Of a stretch of DNA of 64,000 bases, positions 12,621 to 26,238 are shown piece after piece. The notes beneath the pieces were generated by a model, which saw only the letters and a program-made list of their open reading frames with translations, did not search any database and had not been told where the DNA came from. The stretch is from Paragordius varius (Eukaryota > Animalia > Nematomorpha). Made by a program: the position numbers and the translations under genes. The stretch is from the NCBI GenBank assembly GCA_964247055.1, contig OZ176054.1, positions 1,240,001 to 1,304,000 on the forward strand. The letters are read 5' to 3'. Numbering within the stretch: the first letter of the stretch is position 1; every line of letters begins with the position of its first letter.

Positions 12621-15600
12621 TTATTTGAGATTTATCACAGTTTTACTTAGTGGAGTAGACAAATTGCGTTTATGAACCCTTTTAAATTCAATCGATGAAG
12701 GATGGCTTTGGATTTTGTTAGCAGACGGTTGATTATTTCTATTATCTATTTGATCTAATTTAGATTGATTCCAGCAATCGTTATTTATTAAATAAGTATT
12801 TTGATTTTTATGTGTTTTCCCCATTTTATGTGAAACTGAAGAAAAGGTAGGAGGCGATAATGTAGTAGTCTTCGATAATGGCAAAGTTTGACTTTTTTGT
12901 TTGACATCAAATTCAATCATACTTTCAGGATTATTTTTGTTGATGTTTAGAGTTTTAGGCAAAGAAATTATTGTATCAGATAACGAGGTTTTACAAGGAA
13001 ACCCATCATTTGCGCACATAATTTTGGGGGAATTTGAATGAGCTAATTTGTTTTTATTAAATACATTTCCTAGCGCGGATTTCGATTTATGTAAATAAGA
13101 CTTATCTTCACAATTTACATTATTTAAAATGGTTTCATCAATAGGAATATTGGAATTAACTATTATTTGATCGGTATCAATGATACCGTTGTTATTTTCA
13201 ATAAAATTTGTTTTGTTCTCAATTTTTGTGGATGAATAAGAACCATTTTTGCCGTTTTTTGAAAAGTAATATGTTTCATTATTTAACAAACATTTTTCCG
13301 CTAAAATATGAATCATTTTATGACCTAAGCCACCTTTAAATACTTGACCGCATAAACTTTCAAATAAGACCAAGAAAAAGCGGCGATTATACGCTCGACA
13401 TTGTAACATGTTAAAAGTTATCTTAAGACCATCCTTGGTTGTTTCACTTCCCACCAATGTTCGTATTTCATCTGCAAAAAATAATATAAAGAAAGAATAA
13501 TTATTTATATCCTAAAAAATATGCATCGAAAATGTACAATTTGTTTCGAAAAAAGTTAGTCGGCCTAATATTTCTATTTTTAACGGCCAAAAACATGCAA
13601 ATCAAAATTTTAAAATTAAAGATTTTACTAATCAATATAACTCGCATATAAGTATTTCGCTTCCATACTATCCTTTGTTAAAAATTAATATTTTTACAAA
13701 TTTAGTTTACGCCATAATTAAACCCATTTATATAAGTATTAAATACCAGGAACTGCTGAAATGATTTTGGCTAACGCTAAAACTTTAGTCCTTGCTTTTA
13801 AATTGGCATCTCTTTCCGTGTTGATAGTTGGAGAGTTATTTCGATTAGCCCCATACCAAACGCCATCAGGCCAAAATGTATCACTGTGAATATGTTTTAC
13901 AGTAAAAATTAAAAATTTAAATGCAATAAAACATAAAAAGTAAAAGATATTTTATAAATCATATCATTCTTATTTGGTTCTCTAAAGTTGAGAAAAATTT
14001 TGTAAAATTATTATAATAAATAAAAACAATAGGTCACATCTAAAATTGAGATTTTAAAAATATGTTAATGTATAAAAATGTAGTCTTATATATTTTATCT
14101 TGCCTTTATTTAAATATTTACTTTAATGATAAAAACAATCTCCTATTTAATAATCATTCAACTACGATTATTTAATACCAAATAGGTTATACCGAAATTT
14201 TTGTAGATAGTGATATATTTGTTGTGAGGAGGTTAGATGATCAATTTGTTCGAGCAGTTTTCTATAGTTTTAACAATATATATATAATATATTTTAAATA
14301 ATTCCACAAAATATCTAGTTCTGTTTATAAACAGATTGATTACCTATTCAAAAATCCGCCATAAGTGACTTGAAATAATTGTCGCAAAATAACGACCATT
14401 CGATGTCTTAACCACTGGTTACGGGTTCGTAAATCAAATATTTCATCCATCAGTAATATTAGGACTTTGAAAGTTATATTATCATCTCCCTAATAGCAAA
14501 TGTTATTCCATATAAAGTATGTGGGTAAAACATAGGTCTTAAATTTGATATAATCTGTAAAAAATATTTAACTAAAAAAATTTACATTAATAACTGAATT
14601 AAATGATAAATTAACATGTAAAAAAAATAACAAAAAAGATTTATTTCCTTATTGATAAGTTTTTAGTTCAATAATATTATCAAATTTCCCAAAATGCAAT
14701 ATTAACATAAAAATTTATTAAATTAATAATTGCTAGTGTTTTACAAACCTGTAAATGTGTATTAATATGCGCTTTAATCAATCCATAATTTTGGGCATTG
14801 GCACCCCAAAATATGCCTTGATTTGGATCTGTCAGTTGTTTTACTCCTGGAATGTAGGTCTAATGGTAAAAATTATGAGCTTAAAACAAGTAATTTTTTA
14901 AATATTAAATATTATACCATTGATTTTAGTTAAGATCTGACAATTAAAATAATAATTACTAGCCAATATTATAACTTAAATTTTGAAATTCTAAATAAAC
15001 TATATACGATTGATTTAATACTTAAATTAATAAAAAAAATTTTTTATTAAAAAACACCAAACTTTTTTATTTTTGATACTTTTTAAATTTTAAATCAAAA
15101 ATAAATTGCATTACAGCTAAATGTGCAAATTTTTCGATGCCGTCTTTCATGGTGTCAGAAACGCGAACGACAGAACCGACAATATTTTCGGGGACAGTTT
15201 TAACCATACTTCCCATGGCTCGCATTGATATCTTGAGTGGGTTCACAAATGTGTCCATCTAAAAAAATTATGTATTTTATTGTTTGAAATTTTTCTATAC
15301 ACGCACATATGTATATACACCATTTTTAAGCAAAGGCCATTTTTGGAGCAAAAACCGCTTTTTCTGTTTATATCAATAGATGTTATAATGTTGCGTTTGA
15401 TTAAAAAAATGTTGCTTTTAACCGAAAAATGGTATATCTAGTTTACCCTTTAAGGTTTACCAAATAAATGTCCATTATGTATCATATATCTATCTATAAG
15501 AATAAATGCAATTTGTGCCTTCATAAATTATTTAATGGTAAAAAAATCCCTTTTTTTTGCAAAAACACTTATAATAGTTAAAAATAATATGATATTACAT

Positions 15601-18600
15601 ACTATATACAGTCAAGTATCCTTTCTTTTATCAAAAATTTATTTTTTAGTTAAATGGGTATTGATATTTGTTAAAGAATGGAAAAAGCAAGAGCTCTATG
15701 GTAATAACAATATCACATCATCAAAAAAGTAAAAGAAGTGTGGGGAAAGGCGTCGAAAATCTTATATGGTAAAATCCGTTTTCACCATTATTTAAAATGA
15801 AGGGTTAGTTGTTAGTGTATTCATTACATTTAAACACATTTCCATTCTTTACCTATATTAATACCCATATACGAAAAAAAAAATTTTTTTGATAAATTAA
15901 AGGACACATGGCTGTTATTGAGTTCAAAACGACCGAATTCGGTAAAAGTATTTTAAATGTTATGTATTGTTGATTTAATGTCAATATACAAAATTTCAAA
16001 CTACAAAAATATTTAAATAATTTTTTTGTCTTACTAAATTTGTTGAAATAAAGATACCTCAACTAAATTTTTTCATTTATTTTATACTTTTCTTGCAATA
16101 TTTCCATTCCATTTTTCATAGGGCCCGGGTTCCAAAAAATGTTCAACCATATCTTTCAGTCCTTTATGCGTTTTTGTAAACTCTGGAGATACTAGGGTCT
16201 ACAGGTTAAAAAGGTTCAAAATTTGAAAAAATTATCATTAAAAAGCCGTAAAGATACTAATTTTGTTTCACTAAAAGAATCCTTTACCTTAATGTATGAA
16301 TCTAGGCTTTTCAACCGTTTCTCCAAAAATTCTTTGGTCATGTTACCAAAAGGACGTTTGGGTGGAAACTTTAATTGATCAATGTCAGAAAACTAAATAT
16401 AACAAGTATTAGAACAATATGAATTAATTAATATTTTCAATATAAAATCGTAGATTTTTTCAGTTATTAAATATTAAGCTTTTTTATTGTTTCTGTTTTC
16501 AAAAATGTAGCATTTAATTCTTATTAATATTTAGTTACCTTGTAGTATTAGGGCTAATTTTAAAAATAAAAAAATCCAACCTAATTAAAAAGATGGCCAA
16601 TTTTATAGACATAAGTAAGCTTTTTTGAAACCAAAATCAATTAGCAAAGCAAAACCATTTATTGCCCCCCAATAAGATGTGTTACCATAACCCGAAAAGA
16701 CAAAATGGCTGGTAAAACTGGTACAAAAATATGATTTTTCGCAAATAATAATATATATATATAATGTAAAAAACTACCCTTTCTCTCAAACTCATATGGA
16801 AATCATGGAATTCACTATATCTCCGATGTACGACCCAATGTGTTTTAATTCTAGCCGTGACTGAAGTGAAGGGAGATGGTTTAATAACATTGACATTGTT
16901 ATTGAATAAGTCAGCATTCGTAGCTTTAACGCTAAAATCATGGTTTTCCTTATAGTTATTATTGTAATTCTGAGTGGCATAAATATCATGAAAATCATTG
17001 TCAAGATAACCTCCACCATTATTATTTGGTAAATGCAATATTGAATTCTCTTTTTGTTGAATAAAACCATTCATACTATTTTTTGGAGCATTTGCGTGGT
17101 GAGTAGAATTAAATAAATTTTTAGGGTGAGTTGTTATGTGACCATTTGCTTCAGACTTATTTTTTGCCCTAAATTTTTGGGTAGCAATGATGGGAGGAAT
17201 ATCTTTGTTGATCTTATTTGGCGTTGATATGAGCGGTTTCCTTCCAATCGTAATGGCATACATGGCAAAAGTTTTTTCCATATCACGGGCAACAACTTGA
17301 TAAATCAAAAAAAATATATAGATTGAAATTTTACAGTAAAAGACAAAACATAAAAATTAAAGATTGATACTTATTAAAGTAGATAAAACCATAGTTTTTA
17401 TTCTTTTAATATATTCTATATAACCTATAATATAATTTCAATAGTGAGATATAAATATACATTTTTTCGTAATTTATATTAAATATCTTGGGTCAATTAA
17501 TAGTTTTTTTTAAAAATATTAGTCTTTAATTTTATCTTTTTTGTCTTTAAAATTGAAATTGGAATTTACTGTAAAATTAGGTCAACAGTCTCTATTACTT
17601 ATTTCGCAACCCAAAACAATAGGTCATATTAACAGAAATCAATGGTTTTCTTTATGGAAAAATTAATCGTTCGAATAATTTTTACCTATATGCGTAACAT
17701 GGGCCGTTAATTGATATTCATAAGCTAATCCCGATTTACAACTTTCAGCCAAATAATTTTTATTATTCACATTTGTGGGAAAAATTTGGTTTGAGTTTAA
17801 TGTATTTTCATAGTAATTATTATTATTATTTTGGGGTTTGAAATAATCTTGTACGTAATTGGTAAGGATATTTTTTCCATTGTGTTCTATATCATTTTGA
17901 TTCAAACTGGAAGAGTCTTTATCGATATGCGTTGATTCTCCAATAAAAAATGTTGCATCACACAATGTATTTGAAACAGAGTTAATACTTTCTATTTTAG
18001 AGTTGTTACAAACAGGCACAAGTGTTTGATCTAAAAGTATTGTAAAGTGGAATGAAAACAAAATTTTTACCATTGTTTGAGGTTAAAAAATAAAACACCG
18101 GTCTTATTGTTTTTAAAGGCAGTATACCATTTGTTATACAATCATTTTTTCATACAAAGATAATATTTTCACAAGCAAACGCAACATTTTTTTCAAGCAA
18201 AGATTACATTTTTTAATACAAATGCAACATTTGTACGATTATTATTGAAATTATAATTCAGCTAAAATTAAATGAATTTATTGGGGTGAATTTTCGATTA
18301 CTACAGTAATCTTTGTCAACAAATGTAAAAAATAAAATGTCATTTTAAAAAAGGGGGCATTTGAAAAATATTACTTTTGACTAAAAATGGTATATTTACG
18401 GTCATAACTATAATTAGGTAATCTATAAAAAGTAATAAAATTAATGATGCTCCCTAGAGTGTTCCACAATATACAACAAACTAGAAAGTTTGTAAGAAGG
18501 TACATTAGACTTTTAAGTAGTCATAAGTTATCAACTAAAACTTTTTTGTGACCAGCATGAGACGAACATTTTATAGGCACCGAATTTTAAATCATTATCG

Positions 18601-21600
18601 AAAAGGGTGTCTTCCATACTTAAAATTAATATTATTAATGTAGTGATTGTAATACATTTGCCACAATTCTATAATGAAATTTTGATTCATACATTTTTCC
18701 ACTCAAAACTATTATTTTAATATCGTTTTCATATTGATCTTATGGATGGTGATTAAAACAATTTTAAATTTGTTAAGTTATTTTCAAAGCGTTTTCTAAA
18801 ATTCTACCTAAAGATTGAATTTTTTCGATCGGAGGGGAACATTCTTGACTTGTTCCATTGCTACTGGTACAAGAGCTTTCACAGCAATCAGGAATTAAAT
18901 CCATTTCATTCAACATTTTGCAAAACAGGTCGTGTCGTTTGAACGATTCAAACAAACAATTGTCACCATGGGTGAATGTTTTATACACCTTAAAATGTAT
19001 TACAGTAAAAATTGAAATTATACATACTTCTATTAAACCGTATTTTTTAGCATATATATTAATTATTTATCTACAATATAAAATATATTATGTTAGACCT
19101 CTATAACATACTTTGCAATTTAAAACAATGGGTGTTTTTGATAAGGAAATATATTTCGTTATATTTTTACGTTTGTCATTTTTACAAATAAATGAAATAT
19201 AACTTGTATTAGAGAATAATATGCTTAAATCTTATATACCATGTACACTCAAATGACCTTTGATAAATTGAAATTCACCCTAAAATAAATTAGGTGTTTT
19301 TGGATATTAAAAATTATCTATATACTTTTATAATTTAAAGAAATAAATTTTTATTTAAAATTACTATAATGCTGATGTACTGATGAAAAAATAATATGAA
19401 AAGATAAATTTTCATTAATGATGAGTTATATTAGCCCGAAAAAAATTATTTTTAGGGTGAATTTGAATTGGTCGAGGATGAATTTACACAGTTTAAACGT
19501 TAATTTGAATTGTTAATAAATAAAATTATCAAAATTTATGTGATAAATTTTAAATAAAAAATAAAATTTCTATCAATTTTTTTGTATTAATTTGGATAAC
19601 TTTTATATCTTTTCTTATTCAACAATATTTAGTGTATGGAAAATCGATTAACGGTGATTCTCAACAACAACGGATATAAAATATACCTCTAGTTGCAAAT
19701 CATCAAACCAATCAGGACTAGGTATTTGCGTTTTAAATTTTGTCTTCAAAATACCAACCTTGATTGAATCAAGTTTAATATAATGGGGTGCCTGGTTAAT
19801 ATAATAAAGGTTATATTGTTTTAAAAAACTATTGGAGATAATTGAACTTATTCATATTATTGAAAAAAACTAAAATGGGCGGTCCCAATAGAAAGTTTTG
19901 TTTATCTTATAAAAATATTCATAAGCCAAAATATATATATAATTTAGAGAAAAAAATCATTTACAAACTATTCGAGGCCATTAACATTTTAGCAAAGTAT
20001 CCTTTTTTAAAACCGCTAAAAGTAAAGTTAATTTATTAAAATAAGATTTATATCGACAAAAAATGGTTAATTCATATTAAATTCAAATTTAATTAAAGTC
20101 ATGGAGTATTTTGGCCATCAGGAATAAATATTATCAGGCCTTTTGGATTCATATGTTATAAAAGTGCAAACTTTAAAATGGTTTAATATATTTCATATTT
20201 ATTAAAAAATGATGAATTTTGAAAGGCGTAGGATCGTCAACTATCCCAATTTCAATCTATTACATGTAATTATATGGAAAATTTACGGTTTAAGCAAGGA
20301 TTTTAAAATTTTTTGTATTAAAAGTCAAAAATATAATACCTTTTCCATTAAATATTGATCAAAAATCTTTTGTGCTTCAGTTGCGACCAGTTTAACGCAA
20401 ATTGGAATGTTTTTAGCAATCAAATTATTACAATCAACAGAAGCTTTATTGTTAAGTTGTGCTTTAAAATTTGAAAGCAAACCATCAACCATGTTTAAAT
20501 TAGTTTCTGGAAAATGCAGTTTGACATTTGCTTCTTGCTGTGCAACCAATAATTCCTTAGGGATTTGTTCACGTGACAGCGTCTTAAACGACTGCAAAAA
20601 TGGAATATTTAATTATAAGTTAGTTTTTTAAAAAATTAACAAAAGTTTTATAGGGTAAATTTAATTACTTCAACAGAAAGATAGAAATAAAGGTAATTTT
20701 GGCATTGAATTTCATTCAGATAATCTGTAAATATCAAAAAATTATAATCAATATAAAAATTACAACAAAAGGCAAAACGTGACAATTATAAATGTAAAAA
20801 CATATTTTAATAAAGAGCTATAAATGAAAAAATAAAAATTTGTCAATTTATTTTTAAATAGCATTAAAAATTGAAATTATACAGATTAAAAGGTAAAAGA
20901 CAAATACTTTTTTTAAACAACCATACAGTTAGAAACCTAATTTTCCCTACATTTATAATTTAATTATGATTTAATTATATAATATATAATTGACTGTGTA
21001 ACCAATTTACATCTCTATTTCATACTTGCCAGTTTACAATGAGTATATTTAAAAATTCAAGTTGATAAAAGAATAGTTTTATGTTTTTACATTTTGTCTG
21101 TATAATTTTAATTTTTACTGTAAATTAAGCCAATTTATGAATGTTTTATATTGAAATATATGCTTAAAATTGAATTGATGCTTACTTATAAAATAATCCA
21201 TTGAGATGGTATGATCTAACACATAGGAAAAATCAATTTTCCTCAACGCAGATGCTTGCTCGGGTGATAGAGATTTAAGCAATTGGTGCTAAAAATCACA
21301 AGTAAAAACGTAAAAATTTTCTTATTTTAATATAGGGATCATTCTTTGGTAAAAAAGCAACATTTCGTGATAAAAAAATTTTCCCAAATATCGAACCAAA
21401 TAGATTTTTATAAAAATATATACCATTATTTGCAATTTATATTAAATTAAATAAAAAGTAATTTACTCTTTTAATAAATAAAAAAATAAATAATAAAAAT
21501 AAATGTGTACCAATTCATTGTAAGTGGTGCCAAAATTGCCATCCTTCATTCGTTTGATTCTGGAATCCAGTATTCGTTTCAAATAATTCAAACTTTGAAG

Positions 21601-22798
21601 TCTTTGTTTAATTTCTGAATCTATAAAAAACAACAAATATTAAAAAATAATGTATATTCAATTCCCTTTTTAGTACACAAAAGACAACATTGGGGTTTAG
21701 GGTAATATAAATAGTACTAAATATATATAATGAATATTTAATTTTGTTTATTTGATATTTCATAAATAAAAGAAAAACAATTTTGCTTAATCCATATTTT
21801 AATAACATTTTAAAAATTATAGCCTAAATAAAAAAATTAACCGTAATCGCAACCATTTGACTAAAAAACAATTATTTCGCAAAATATTCTTTAGTACCGA
21901 TTTTTTTCATTACAATCATTTAATACCAAAACCCTAAACAGTTTTAATTTTTTACCATTCATCCCCCCAGTATCTTTAGATCTTTCAATTGTGATTTCAT
22001 GCAAAACTGTGTATCTAATGGCTTCTAAATCCTCTATCGTATCGAGAAGACGGATTGTATCCAAAAAATGTTCAACAGTTACCACATAATTCCCAAGCTA
22101 TATAGCATACATATAAATATTATACAGACAAAATAAAACGCAAAAAAAAAGAACATAATATTCAATTTGTCCTCGATTTTTCCCTTATACCCAAAATATT
22201 TTTTAAACAATATAGTCGATTGTCATTAAATTTTAACTATTTTTGTTTTATTTATGTGTTTCACAAAAGAAAAATTCTAAACCCGCATATTCAAATAATA
22301 GCCGAGTACTAGATGACGTGATTTTCCATAAAAAAATGATAATTTATTTATAAAAAAAACTAGCTTTTGGCAGGTTATATATATATATATATATATATAT
22401 AATGCGTTCCAATATATATTAAGAACTTCGCCACTAGATATATTTAACTATGTCAAACTCAAGTCTATATATATATATATATATATTTATCTAAACAATA
22501 CTGACATCTAATCCTACTATAGCTATTTTTTTCAACCCTAAAAACAATCTAACAGTTTTTCTCTCCAAATATTTTGACTATAAAGATTAGCACCAATGAT
22601 TTAAGTGCAAGAAACTAAAACTTCCTCTATTGTTCCATAAAACTATTTCCACCCCTAATTAACCCTTATATTATGCGTTTTTGGGCTAATATACGTCATC
22701 ATTAATAATTAAATTTCTTTAGACATGTTTTCGGTATTCAAAATGACATAATTTTTAGGGTAATGAAATGTTCAAGGGTGAATTTGAGATATAATATA

Positions 22799-22839
<41 letters not shown>

Positions 22840-23181
22840 ACACGTAAAGAGTGTCCTTGAACCCTTCAAGTGGATCCTTTAGCTTTTTTGTTTTGTTTTT
22901 ATCTTTTATCAATCATATCGTGTATTATTCATTTATTTTATCATTTTTAACCTATTTTCTTTATTTAACATGAACTTTAAATCAATCAAGAAACAATATA
23001 TCGTTATAACCTTCTAAAAAATTATTTTTTAACTTTTTAAAATTTTAACAGTTATTAAAAAATATATTAGTTTTTGGGTTATTACATGATTTTGTTAAAA
23101 ACATTTAAAAGTTAATAAATTTATTAAATTGGAAAAAATTATTTTGCAAAAAAAGTGCTTTTTGAATAACAAAATTCTATT

Positions 23182-23221
<40 letters not shown>

Positions 23222-26122
23222 AGAAAATTAGGTTAAAAAATAATAAAATTAAATACATACAAAAACTATGAAACTTAAAAATTTTAAGGACCAACTTGAA
23301 GTGTTCAAGGAAGGAAACTTTGATGCAAATTGTATACTATATCCCTTAATCAAAACCGAGCGAATTGTGAAAATAATCGTTAGGACGTGGAAAAAAGTAT
23401 TTGTAATAAATAAATTATCAAAAAAATCAAATAATTAGTACAAATATGTCCATAAAGGGAAATTTCCATTTGTGATGAAAACAATAAAAGTACCTCAATT
23501 CGACTAAATGTAGCTTTCGCGATAAACTTAAACTGACAAAATTTAGCAAAACTTAAAAACATATATTAGGATTTTGAGGTTAGATTGGATAGTTTTTTCA
23601 GCTGTTATTTCATAACTTAAAAATTTATTACCAAAAATATATGACGTATTCTCAATAATCAAAAAAAACTCTTACCAGCCAAATAATCAATTGATTTAAG
23701 TAATCTGGATCGGATAGTAGATTAATAATCGGACAGAAAACATAATGTGCCAAAACCTCCTACACACACAAAAAAATAAAATATTTTATGATAATATATT
23801 TTTGTATAATTGCAAATTAATTTTTTAGAAATCTTTATTATTTTTGGTTATAAAAACTATATATGTATAATAAATGCAAATACAATTATTATTAAAGTGT
23901 AATTTTTTGCGTCATTTTGTGTAAAATTTATGTTATCCTATAAAATAATAAAGGATTGGCTTATATAAAAAGTATTATTTTCTAAAATATAAATAAATAT
24001 ATTAAAATTTGTTATTGTTTCCAAAAAAGGGTTCTTTAGTTATTTTTTAAATAGATATACTGGTATAATCAAGTAAAAGTAAAATTAATAATATAGTCAT
24101 ATAAAATATTTTAGCCTTTATAAAAAAAACTCAAAAAACTTAATTCAATACCGATAATAAATGCCTGAGAATACGAGTATATTCTTCAACGGGGACAAGT
24201 ATATACAGTAAGAGTTGAGAAAATTTTCGGAAGTAATCTAAAATTAAAATCAAAATTTAAGTATTTTATCAAGAAAAAAATTTTTTTTTAAAACAATATT
24301 TCAAGATACCATGTAATGCATAAGGATTATTAGAAAGGGAATCATGAGAATATGGTTTTTGTTCCATTAGAGATTCTGACTCAAAAAATAATTGGTTCTT
24401 GGATTGTTCGTCGGAATTAGCCATTAACTCATCTAAATGTTATCGTAAATAAAAAGAATATAGTCAACACAATACAATTTTATATATAAATACTCGTACC
24501 ATCTTATTTTAAATACTCTACTGTTATATTCTTTTAATCTCTATTTCTCAAGATGTATCGTTATACACACATAAATCCAGGTAAAAAATAATTTTAGGGA
24601 ATTGCTTTTTAGCCAAATTTGATGTAACTGAAAATAATTGGCACATTTTTTTCCGTTGAAAAAATGCGCAATCGGTTAAACATATGTTAGCGGTCAGATT
24701 AAATGTTTTTAAAATAATACCCAAATTGTCAGATAATTTATGTGCATTGAATTGCTTAAAAGAGTTGTTTGTAATAGTGTAGTGCTTTAATATTTAACAA
24801 ATGTGGAAAATGCATGCCTTATGACAGTGCACTATAAAATGTTCCATCCATTTTTATCAGTATAAATAAGACTAAAAACATGTAATGAAACTGACGAAAA
24901 AATCTAAAATGTAGTAATATTTAATGTGCTAAAAACGAAAACTAAAAATCTATGTTTTTCAAAATTATTTTAAAAAGAATCAATCAACCTGTGAAGTTGT
25001 CATTTTTTGGATACAAATTCGTGTTATAAAATTTGGAATGTTTTTCATAATTCAGCGAATTATTTGTATGTGAGGATTCACGTTTTTTTGTATCGTGACA
25101 ATTATTGTAGTTTTGAACCAAAAAATCTTTGAATAAAATAACATATTTTGGCAAAATTTATAAAATTTAAAATAATAAATTTTATAATATAAAAGGAAAT
25201 CACATTTTCGAGATCACACTATTCGCAGCACAGTTCGTTTATACAGTAAAAATTAATATACGGACAAAATGTAAAGAATAAAATATTTTTTAAAATTAAA
25301 AATTTTTTTTGAACGCAACAATATATTTTTTACCTGGTGATGAGTTCAAAGAGCTCTGCATACGATTATTAGTATTATTATAATGGCTAAATTTATAAAG
25401 TTTGAGATGGTTAACAAAAATTTCCACACAAGTTTTCGCAAAAAAATACGTTAAGTTGGCATGTTTAAATCTAAAGAATCATTTATAAATATTAAAACTC
25501 TTGACTAATTTTGGATATGGAATGAGCAAATAGTTTTTTGAGTTTGGAGTAAAAACAATTTTTTTGATCCGTGGATGAAACGATAAATTTATACCAAACG
25601 ATTATAAAATCTCGTAAAATATAATCAATAATCTGTGGATAAAATTAAAAAAGGGTAAACTTGAAATAAGATTTCATCAATATTGGTGTCATTGGTTATA
25701 AATTGATCCTCGTGTCTTTCATCAGAATAGTGTTTAATTTCCTTAAAAATAAAATAATTCAAAAAAATTACCTTATAATGATTGTCTGATTCAAACAGCA
25801 TATTTTCATTCGAATGTTGTTTTATGGAATCGTAATAATGAATGTTTTGATTTGAAAGTTTTTGACCGTTTCGAAAAATTTTGGTACCCTTGGAAACATG
25901 AATAAGGGCACCGTCTATAAACCGATCTTTTATATGGCTGATTTTAAAGTGATGGGCATAATTGCAACCATAAAGTACTAATCTAAAACTTATTTGAAAA
26001 TAATACCCTGTTAGAAATAAACTAATCCACAAAAAGATACATTTCAGTATCGATGATAATAGAATATGGATGAATACGACAATTATTGCGCACACAGTAA
26101 ATTTATTTATCTGCAATCCCAT
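12621..26122 (-). CDS. SNX13: Sorting nexin 13 (TM-PXA-RGS-PX-Nexin_C), multi-exon
   Basis: ATG at 26122 with a hydrophobic N-terminus. PXA segments IDEILFQIIDYILRDFIIVWY, LFFESESLME and EVLAHYVFCPIINLLSDPDYLNQLIIWL. Linker DLEAIRYTVLHEITIERSKDTGG. RGS segments NYLYFYLSVE, AQKIFDQYLMEK and PSPDWFDDLQLE. PX segment HRRYSEFHDFHMSLRER..FPPKRPFGNMTKEFLEKRLKSL, then MDTFVNPLK. Nexin_C segment DEIRTLVGSETTKDGLKITFNMLQCRAYNRRFFLVLFESL. Stop at 12621. Confidence 0.9.
15609..15914. mobile_element. Tc1/mariner-type MITE (CAGTCA termini), longer relative of 36300-36518
   Basis: TA|cagtcaagtatcctttc...aaaggacacatggctg. The arms are homologous to the long inverted arms at 36300-36518. Confidence 0.7.
17334..17571. 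mobile_element. TA-flanked MITE with CAGTAAA termini
   Basis: TA|cagtaaaagacaaaac ... tttactg|TA. The termini match the family at 20862-21120. Confidence 0.5.
19245..19490. repeat. Inverted-repeat (MITE-like) element in an SNX13 intron
   Basis: aattgaaattcaccctaaaataaatt near 19270 is inverted relative to aattatttttagggtgaatttgaatt near 19445-19470. Related fragments occur near 18285 and 22770. Confidence 0.5.
20862..21120. mobile_element. MITE with CAGTAAAAATTGAAATTATACAGAC terminal inverted repeats
   Basis: Left cattaaaaattgaaattatacagattaaaaggtaaaa; right ttttacattttgtctgtataattttaatttttactg|TA. Single ends of the same motif at 19003 and 25244 and near 35690. Confidence 0.6.
22804..22837. 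repeat. (TA)n microsatellite
   Basis: Pure TA run. Similar runs at about 8900-8925, 22376-22401, 23186-23216, 30177-30216, 53096-53144 and 55458-55480. Confidence 0.95.
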
Positions 26123-26238
26123 TATGTATTCCGTTAAATTAAAACGTCCACATCAGAGTTTTGTAAACTAATAATTTTGTCACATATTGGAAAATTTTGA
26201 ATAATATTTTTTAATGAATGTTCCCCTCCAGCATTTGA
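26123..26238. promoter_or_regulatory. Putative bidirectional promoter region, SNX13/DNAJC5 (116 bp between ATGs)
   Basis: Divergent start codons at 26122 (-) and 26239 (+). Promoter function is inferred from the geometry only. Confidence 0.7.

Noticed and set aside
24490-24630. Apparent extra SNX13 exon
   Set aside because: It has stops in all three frames, and the flanking exons (donor near 24990, acceptor near 24442) already join in phase.
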